A stretch of 64,000 nucleotides of DNA, from assembly GCA_963693365.1 (NCBI GenBank), contig CAVNZM010000008.1, positions 7,016,830 to 7,080,829 on the forward strand, read 5' to 3'. Positions 54,371 to 64,000 of the stretch are shown here, in pieces; the first letter of the stretch is position 1; each line of letters starts with the position of its first letter. Below the pieces are notes generated by a model. That model worked only from the letters and a program-made list of their open reading frames with translations. It was not told the origin of the DNA and searched no databases. A program made the translations under genes and the position numbers. The stretch is from Amoebidium appalachense. Its lineage: Eukaryota > Protista > Ichthyosporea.

Positions 54371-56809
54371 GTATTTGGGACAAATCTATTTGTTTTCTAG
54401 TGCATGGGCATGGGCATGGCTGTACCTTTGAGACGATGGGGGTGCCCTTTGTCTGCTTGCTGGGGTCCTGGGGGGCTCAGTGGCCGGAATTGCATCTCTC
54501 AGGCCCTCAAAGGCCTGCCGCAGGTCCGTGCGCCGCTGCCGCTCAAGATCGTTGTGGCGCTGCTTTTGCTCTGGGGGGACCCACGGTGTTAGCAGCCGAA
54601 GAATGCGACCAACTTATAGTATATATATGCGGAACTTACAAGCCCAAACAGGGACAGAACCATAAATTGCTAAATATGCAGTCATACATGGAGGAGGAGA
54701 AAAAGAAAAGACATGCCACACCTACACAACAGAGCATGGCAGGGCACGTACCGGGCGTGCACTCCTCCTTGCTGTCTGTGCGCTGCAGCTGGTGCTTATT
54801 CTGGTCACTGAGGGGGCTCTCGGGCCCGTTGCTGCTCTGGGGGCTGGGCACGGAACCCTCGTCATTGGCATCGGCCTCAAGTACATCTGCCAGGCTGCCC
54901 ATGACGCTCTTGCTGCGCTTGCGTGGGCGCTCCATGTCCGGGCCCAACATGTCTTCAAGTTTAACCCCCTGCAGGTCCGTCAGCGGGTCATCGAGGCCTA
55001 TGCCGTGCAGCCCTGACAGGGCATCGTCCAGCCCACTGCCGTCACTGGCCCCCATCAGCTCGGGGTGCTGCTGCAGCAACAGGTCCAGCTGGTCCTGCAG
55101 CTGGGCTGCTAGACTCTCGGCACCAATGCTCTCGCTGAGCGTACGCATGCTCGTGCATGTGGATTCAAAGTTGAGCAGGTCTGCCTCGGAGAGAGACGAG
55201 CATGGCCGCTTGCGCACTTCAAAGTCTGTGTATGTGTGTGTGTGTGTGTTTGGGGGGGGAGGGGGGGGGGGAGCAGGACGGGGGTTAACATGTAGGCAAT
55301 GTGTGGTTTGGTGGGGAAAACATGCAGCAAGAGTCATTGACAAAGTGCAATCAACCAACCGGGCTACCTGTTGCACACTATGGGATGAAACAGCACCCTT
55401 TGGAACGAACAGTCCTCCGAAAATTCCGTCTTTTTTTGTTGATGTTCGGTGTGGACATCAACAGGGCTGCTTACCTTCACCGAAGAACGCCTGGTGGGTC
55501 ACCAGCGACGGGGTGGCCGTTGGTGTCTGGCAGGGGGTGACGCGGAAGGGTGTGGGCATGGGGGTGGGGGGCATGGACGGGTGGGGGCCCAGCTGAGGGT
55601 GGCTGTGGGGGGCCACGAGGGGGCTGGACAGGTGCACGGTGGTGGCCAGGGCGTGGGTAACGGCCGCCAGGTTGCCGTTGAACGAGGGCGGCTGGCCCAG
55701 ACTGGGGCTGGCCGCAGAGATGGGGATGGGTGGCGACTGGAAAAGGTGCGGGTGGTAGGCCCCGTTGGGGGCTGACACGGTGCGCACAAGGTGGCCGTGG
55801 GCCGGCCCAAAGGTGCCGGTCTGCAGGGCAGGCTGAGACTGCACGCTGTGCAGCAGGCGTACCTGGGGCATGGGCCCCGCCATCATGGGGGGCTGCTGCA
55901 ATATGTGCTGCTGCTGCGGGGGGGCTAGTGGTCTGCTGTGTGTGTAACTGACCGGCGCCTGCATGGGCGGTGGTGGGGGGGCATAAGGGGAATACGGCAT
56001 GGGGGCCGGGGTGTAGCTCTCAGGCGAGGGAGTGAAGGGCTGGGGGGGCAGCATGCTGCCGCTGACCGGTGGACCTGTGGATGGCCGTCAGCACTGGGCA
56101 GACCACCGTGCCACCACCAAGCAGAAGATAACCCAACACATACTTTCTACCATCATATAAGGGTCCCCCCCATGGTGACTTCGGCTAATGATACTAAATG
56201 ACGCGCAAACCAGATGCGGTGTTTGAGTATGCCCCCCCAACAGTCCTAACACAGCCGGTTAAGGCACGTACCTGCAGGGGTGGGCTTTATGCGAATAGCC
56301 AGGGGGGGTGGTCTCTGGCCGTGGGTGGCTGGGCCAGGCTGCCCACTGGGAGTGGCCGGTTGTGCAGGTGCGGGGGGTTGCGGTGCGCCTGCAAAGGTAG
56401 TGCGTGTGGGTATGGACCCTGAATGCAAGAAACAAAGCGCTACGCCCTGGGTGGGCACACTTGCATGAGCACCGTGGCAAAGTGCATATTGCGTGCAGTG
56501 TACAGCTAGCACAGGCACACAGATACGGGTCACGTGCAAAGGCGCACGCAGGCACGCCATGCGCACCCAGCACCTACCTGAGACTATGTTCAAGGGTGGC
56601 GGCGCTGGTCTGAGCTGCGGGTGGTGTGTGTCGTGTGGTTGTTGTGTGTGCTGCGGCTGGTCGGGCAGGAAGTTGTGGGGCACAAAGATCACCGACGGGC
56701 CACTGCCCCGGCCCATAGACTTCACGTCTACTAGCGCTAGCCGGTACTCGGGGCCCACGGGGGGTTGGGGCCGCTGCGGCCAAGGCTGTGCTACCATTGG
56801 CGACTCCAT
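53735..56809 (-). CDS. Myc-like bHLH-leucine zipper transcription factor, 7 exons, with an apparent 1-nt frameshift near 54470-54475
   Basis: A long Pro/Gln-rich and acidic N-terminus is followed by KQRHNDLERQRRTDLRQAFEGLRDAIP ... SKIMILKEAKAKIDELKRQQADLKKAKDRAMKEGIRLRERWERLQ, resembling the Myc HNxLERQRRxxL..F..LRD.IP basic region and zipper. Confidence 0.85.
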
Positions 56810-59800
56810 TTTAGCGGATATGCTATATTCAACGCCCTGTCTGCTACCGATCCATAGCACAACTGACACCCGCTAGGGCTTTCTGGCCACTTCTACGAAA
56901 ACAAACGCCCAGCCCTGCATATTGCGCTATTATATAGCGAGCACATCGACAGCCCGGCAACATGTCCTGCGTGACTATCGACCAATCAATGCGCTTTATC
57001 TGCGTGACCGTGGCCCTGGGTTGGGGGCCAAATACAGGTTCCTGGTTTGTCATATCAGTGGTGCCTCTATGCAGATAGATAGTGCTGCATAGGCGACACA
57101 ACCAAAAAAAAAAAACACTAAATGGCAGCCACGCAGGTGCTTGTTGATGGGTGCAGGGTGCGGTTCAAGAAACTAGCGGTCAGCACCGCTTACAGCCACT
57201 ATAGTCAAGACAGGCGCACGCGCATGAGGCCTAGGGTATTGCAATTCTGATGATGATCGTGCTGCACATATGTGCGCCGCCATGAGTGATACAGTAACTT
57301 TCCTATAGTAGTGTGTGGCACAATACAACAGGGCTCCTCAACCATGTGTTCAGCATGCATGGTAGTGTTACGTTAACGTTATGCCACTTGTTGCATATTG
57401 ATTAGAATATGCATACAACGTCTTCATTTAACTCCTTAAGCTTTCTATTTAGTAATACGTACGGCCTCCGGTAACGTGCACATTTGTGTGTGTATGTACA
57501 GTACAACAATCCAAAAAAATTAAAATTCCCGAATACAACACGAGCTGCAACTGAGCGCCGGTAGATATCGATTGCACAGCACAGACACAGACACGAACAC
57601 CTTGTATGATACTGGTCTACACACAACAGACGTCACAACATGCTACACGTGCTTGAATAGTCGTGAATCGGGATGCCAAGTAACCCTATAAACGTGTGCT
57701 TTTCGTGGCATATCAGTGGCCACAAGACACGGCGGCTTATTGCCAGCGGAATAAGCCTTACGAGCGTTGGCGCACAAACGGCGCGTTGGCAAATTCACGT
57801 GTGAGTGTGGCCCGGTCCGACTTGTGGCGGCTGTGCGTCAGAGCAGAACAAACTAAGCTCCTATTGGTTACAGATCACAGAATTTACAAGCCGTAATGAC
57901 TAAGACCAATCGGCAATAGTTCTGGCACCAATGACTGGTAGCCAAAGCAACACCTGACTTTAAACCAATAAATTCTCGAAAGCTTTGCGTGGGCGGATAA
58001 ACAGCTATCGTCGGGCTGCGAAGTGACCATGGCCCAGAGAAAAACAACCCCAGAAGCGCTATAGCTAGCGTTGTTGTTTTTCCAATTGACACATAGTTTC
58101 TAGGCCTACTTAGAGAAATAGATATTACGCGCTCACGGTGTCCCTGGACCTTGCTATCCTGTGAGGTACCAATAATGAACATACAAATGTTGATAGATAT
58201 ATGCTCCAATATATCAAGATCCGGATAGCCTGATCAGCCCTCAGGTTCAATGGCCGCGCGCGCCGCTTGTACAAGCACACATAAACACAAATATACACGT
58301 GTACGCCTACACCACAACAATAATGATGACACTGGCCAATGCACCACACAGATGGTGCTATAACTGGAGATGGTTCCACAGATGATCACTGGCACTTCCC
58401 TCCCCCACCGGGCCACCGGAACGAGCTTGGCCCGGAGTCCCCGACCCGGGCCGTAGCTCAGCCCGGCCCCGACGGGCCATCTGCGGCGGCCGGGTCACCG
58501 TGGCCACGAGCACGCGACCGTCTTTTTTGGGCTGAGCCGCGTTCACGGCGGAATTTATATGAGGCTTTTTTCTAAGTTGTTTTGGGCGGGGGGAATCGGT
58601 ACTTTGTTTTGGCCGGGCTGTGTGCGCGGCCAAACGGCCTGGCCGTCACGGTGAGGGATACCACGCATACGCACGTTTTATTACGATGGCTGTATGCTGC
58701 AACAGGCACAATGAAAAGCATGTTAGAACAGTCATGGTACTGACCGTCACATAATCTATTAAAACTTGTGACGGTTGAATATTCGCGGCCTCGGCCGCGC
58801 CGCGGCGGGACGGATCCGGACCGTCTTATTTGTAGGGTGTTTAGGGTCAGAAATTTTTCTTTGGACTGGTTTTATTCGACGGAAAGAGATGCAAGTATGC
58901 ACGGCATACTGAGAAGACAATAAAAACTTCACGAGTTATCCAGTAACAAGTGCATACTGAGATACCTAAACACTGTGTGAAAATCATATAAATACTCAAT
59001 GTGACGACCAACAGAATTCAACAAAAAGTCTAAGGTGTTCACATTGCTAGCTAGTGTAGCAGACACCCATAGGGAAAGTGTTAAAACGCGACATAAAAAC
59101 TCACACCTACAACCTTTGACTATTGTATCAACATGCTTGCGATAAAAAAGTTCAGCACAAAACTGGCACCAGCGGCGATGAAAACAATAATTACGGCGCC
59201 ACTGCACAACTTCCCAGGCAATATCAACATCAGAACACCATACAGACTTATCTACTAGGGTGGTATCCATACGTACAGCAGGAGAAATGTATCCTGCCAA
59301 AGCTCCCCAAAAAGCGATAATGATCAGTACGGTGTTGCCTAAAGAACATAACACATGCCGACTGAGTTTTACCTTTGATTTCTCTATCAGAACGAGAAAG
59401 AAACTTATACTGCGTATGGTAATAACGCGAAAAGGCAGAAAAAACAGGAAGAGAAAAGAAAGAGGGAGTGAGATAGCGAGAGGAAGAATCAGGTTGAAAG
59501 AGGGTAGGCTGAGGACATTCAGAAGTAGCGTTGGTGAAGTTATTATCCAGTAACATGTGCATACTGAGAAAATTGCTCCTGAAGAAAGTCCGAAAATTGT
59601 CCCTAACTTTTCGCCGGGTTAGGTCCAACAATTTCTGAAAAATTGGCCCTATCAGGGCCAAATATAATAGAAAAATGGCATCAAAAAACGGTGGTTGGCT
59701 CTGTTAGGGCCATCCAGGCTGGTGGAAAGCTGCCAAACTGGCACTAGCCACTGGACAAATTTCACACCCTGGACGCGAGGCCTGAAGCCACGTGAGCACA

Positions 59801-59960
59801 TACAGCCCCCGGGGCCCCGAATTCCTCCCCAAGGCCCTGAGGGCCACGACCACTGTGGACCCATCATGACTTGGCAGTGACACTGAGGTTGGCTCCACAT
59901 CCTTTCCCCGGCGGCCTCCCCCCCCTCCCCGCCGGCGCTCCCCCCCCCCCCCCCCCCCCC

Positions 59961-60256
<296 letters not shown>

Positions 60257-60819
60257 GAGCTCGCTCTCCCCCTCGAGTCCCTCCCTCCCTCCCTCCCTCG
60301 GAGTCCCTCCCTCGCTCTGGCCTCCCTCCCTCCCTCCCTCCCTCCATATGCATCCCTCCCTCCCTTCCCCCCTCCCTCCCTCCCTCCCTCCCTCCCTCCC
60401 TCCCCCCTCCTCTCCCCCTCCCTCCCCATATGCAAACGGTCAACCGTGTATTACTGAAATCTCGAGCTCCGTACGCATGAGTGCTCTTTACTATATCCCT
60501 GAGGCTCCCCCCCCCCCCTCCCCCCCCCCAAACCCCCCCCCCCCCCCCCCCCCCCCCCGCGGATCCCCCCCTCCCCTCCCCTTGCCGCCCTTAATGCATT
60601 AAGCTTGCAGAATCATTGCTGGTATATACAGACTCTGGCGATTGTACTGCACACTGTGCTACAGACATGAATCAGATTATTATTGTCAAGTAGTACGTAT
60701 CATCATGATAATGTGCATAACTTGTTCAACGTGGACTGTTTTTGTTTTTGGGATTGGCACGCTTCCAGTGGTGCAGCAATGGGGATATGTACGGAACTGA
60801 CTACTTCAATAGCTAGGGC

Positions 60820-60845
60820 ACTGGACGGACCGTGTGTGTGTGTGA

Positions 60846-60907
<62 letters not shown>

Positions 60908-61140
60908 CGTGTGTGTGTCACAGTGTGTGTGACTGTGGGCCACGATGTGTGTGTGCGTGTGACAGGTGTGTGGGTGGGTGTGTGTGCCTGCGTGTGTGCT
61001 ACCGTAAATTGTCATCATGCTTATTATCACCATGACCCGTGATGTGCACGCGTGCGCGTGCACACCTGCGCGCACACACACACACACACACACTGACACG
61101 CAGATACATACACACACACACACACACACACTGACACTCA

Positions 61141-61205
<65 letters not shown>

Positions 61206-61280
61206 CCACAGTCACACACACTGTGACACACACACACACACTGCACACACACCGTGCACACACACCGTCACTGGCCGTTC
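60820..61280. repeat. Fold-back (TG)n/(CA)n structure with unique inverted arms
   Basis: gtcacagtgtgtgtgactgtgggc (~60917) is the reverse complement of gcccacagtcacacacactgtgac (~61205). The left half is TG-rich and the right half CA-rich. Confidence 0.6.
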
Positions 61281-62264
61281 AGAGAGAAAGAGAGACACAT
61301 ACCGTGACACCGACCACACCTCTCAGAAGCAACTCCACCACCCTCACCCCTGCAGCCCACTGGCACCATCCCGGGCACTGCCGCGGTCAATGGTCGGACA
61401 CACACCCTAGGGTATACATATTGGCGTCGGTTCAACTCACCGCCAGCCAAAATTATTAAACCAAAGGGTTAATCATGAGAACAAGGCCCCACGCACTGTG
61501 TACGGTACGTGGAACCAAATGAGGGCCAAACCCGGGCATATATATAGTTGTAACATCAGCTACACAAATATGCGCATAAGTTGTATCACGCAAAGCTCAC
61601 TGGCTAGAATCAGCTATCGTTCTGATGATGTTCAGGCTGACGATCTACTGAACATGCTCAGTCTAGAACGTAGGTATAGGTCCCATGGGGCTAATACCCA
61701 CCTAGTAGGCAGCGGCACTGAATAAGACCTGAAATTAAAAGGTTCCAATAAACCCAACTAAACATGGTGTTTCAAAGTAAGTTAAGCATCACGTGAAGGC
61801 ATGGACACACAGAGGCATGCGACGGTACTGCAAGCAGCAACTGACACACCAATAGGTGAGTGGTGGATGACACCATAACTGGTAAACAGATTTGGGTTGG
61901 GATTGGGTCAGCGGGTCAGATGGGGCCAGCTAATATTAGTCAGATGTTTCCAATACATGTGTTTGTGGGCAGGTTGCAAAGTTTTTTTTCTTTCTTTCTT
62001 TTTTTTTTTTTTTTTGCACAGGGGAAGCGGGGGGGGGGGGGGGGGGGGGGGAGGGGGTGGGGTTCAGTGATACAGCTCCTCCCGGGGGGCACACCCTTCC
62101 ACACATGATTGAGCCTTATCGGCTGTGACAGAACAGAGACCATTACGAAGAAAATGGCCAGCAAAAAGAGAGATTTGCATGCTGCCCCCTCCCCCCCCCC
62201 CTCCCCCCCCCCCCCCACCCCCCCCACCACCACCACCACCAACCACCGCCACCACCACCACCAC

Positions 62265-62297
<33 letters not shown>

Positions 62298-62397
62298 CCT
62301 TTTATTGCTTTAGACGGTCTTTGAAGCTCTCCTGTTCCCGGTGCGCTGCCGCTCTTTGGAAACACACACACCCGTGACACACACACACACACACGTG

Positions 62398-62496
<99 letters not shown>

Positions 62497-62537
62497 TGCC
62501 ACACACACACACACACACACACACACTGGCACACACA

Positions 62538-62579
<42 letters not shown>

Positions 62580-62934
62580 TACGCGGCACACGCACACTGC
62601 CGGTAACACACTCTCACACAAACACACTGTGTAACATACGCATACACACACACACACACACTGTGCACACCGGTGTGACAGACACACACACACACACACA
62701 CACGTACTACCACACACACACACAAACACACACAAACACACACACACACACAACACACACACACACGGGGAGGGAGGGAGGCTAACGTTAACCAGGCGCA
62801 AACTATTTGGTCAGTGTGAAGCCCGTGGTAAGGGAAGCTTGTTTTTAAAACGGAAGGCCTGAGGGGCGGGAATGGGCAGGGGGGCGGTGCATTGTGAACT
62901 TTTTTGAGGGGAGAGGGGGGGGAGTGGGGGGGGT

Positions 62935-62976
<42 letters not shown>

Positions 62977-63212
62977 GAAGGCCCACCTAAGGCCTCCGTC
63001 TACTAAAGAAAAGGGAGGGGAGGTGGTTGGGAGGGAAAGGGTGTGTGTGTGGGGAAAGGGGGGGGGGGGGGGGGGGGCACCACGTGCTTGCCTGAGTAAG
63101 TGTGCTCACCCGCCTCCCCCGAAAGACATCTCCCCCCCCCCCCCCCCATCCCCTCCTCCTGGTCACGGGGCGGCCGGACCCGGGGGAGGGGGGAGGGGGG
63201 GGGGGGGGAGGG

Positions 63213-63252
<40 letters not shown>

Positions 63253-64000
63253 TGTACAGGTCCCCGGTCTCCTCACAGAGAGCACAGGTGGCACACCCAC
63301 ACACTTCCACAATACTTCACGCGGATCTGCACACACACATACGTATACCGCACACGCACACACGAGGTGCACAAACCAGCCAAATTTCACACATACCAAC
63401 ACAGTGCACCATTTGATTTAACCGGGCAAACGTGCACATGTGTCTTACGTGCTCACACGACCGTAAACAGGTGCTGGCAAGAGATTCTGAAGACCTGTGA
63501 CCCTCACACACATTCACACAGGCAAAGATGCTGTCGTGTACACACTGGCACGCAGAAGTCTGCCACAGGCATTAAAAACACATACCACCCGTTAGGTCAT
63601 CGGATACACTCACTGACTTCATGTATTCAACTCACGGCACACACATGCATGCACAGTCACACACCATTGCCCTCTCCCTGGAGGTTATTTTCTTCTCTCA
63701 CTCCCCGTGTCCCCGTGCCCTCCCTCCTACCTCCTCTCCCCCCCCCCCTCCCCCCCCCTCCCCCCCCCCCCCCCCCCCCCGCCCGCACCCCCTCCACATC
63801 CCTTATCTAAGTAACTTAGCGTACACGTGCAATCCACGCGCCGCCAACAACACACACACACAAACACACACACACATGCATAAACACAGGGTCGCATACA
63901 GTGTCACGTCACAGAAAAAACACCCAAACATCACGGTGGGCTGGCCATATAAAGTGCTATAGCTATAGCACCAACACCGTGCAAATACTGGGCACACTCA

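Noticed and set aside
54400-55596. 398-aa plus-strand ORF
   Set aside because: Antisense shadow of the Myc-like exons.
61560-61800. Possible decayed LINE C-terminal fragment or C/D snoRNA (tgatga..ctga)
   Set aside because: No RT motifs are visible and the box spacing is too short, so it cannot be supported without a search.

Overview
Eukaryotic nuclear DNA, probably from a flagellated protist (inferred from a TBC1D31-like gene; the taxon cannot be determined). It is intron-rich and full of (CA/TG)n, (CT)n and poly-G/C tracts, so almost all ORF-track entries are repeat artefacts. Manual splicing with canonical GT-AG introns gives nine genes: GPN3 (partial, -), PGS1 (-), an unknown 317-aa protein with an N-myristoylation motif (-), TBC1D31/WDR67-like (+), legumain (-), a small membrane protein (+, uncertain), VIPAS39/Spe-39 (+), VAMP7 (-) and a Myc-like bHLH-ZIP factor (-). 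Non-autonomous DNA elements are a Helentron/HINE-like element inside a (TA)n tract, a piggyBac-like MITE and weaker candidates. The most unusual signal is that several tandem arrays are amplified copies of the host gene's own exon boundaries (donor, acceptor or stop codon), creating rows of decoy splice sites. Family assignments rest on motif recognition from memory, not on database searches.
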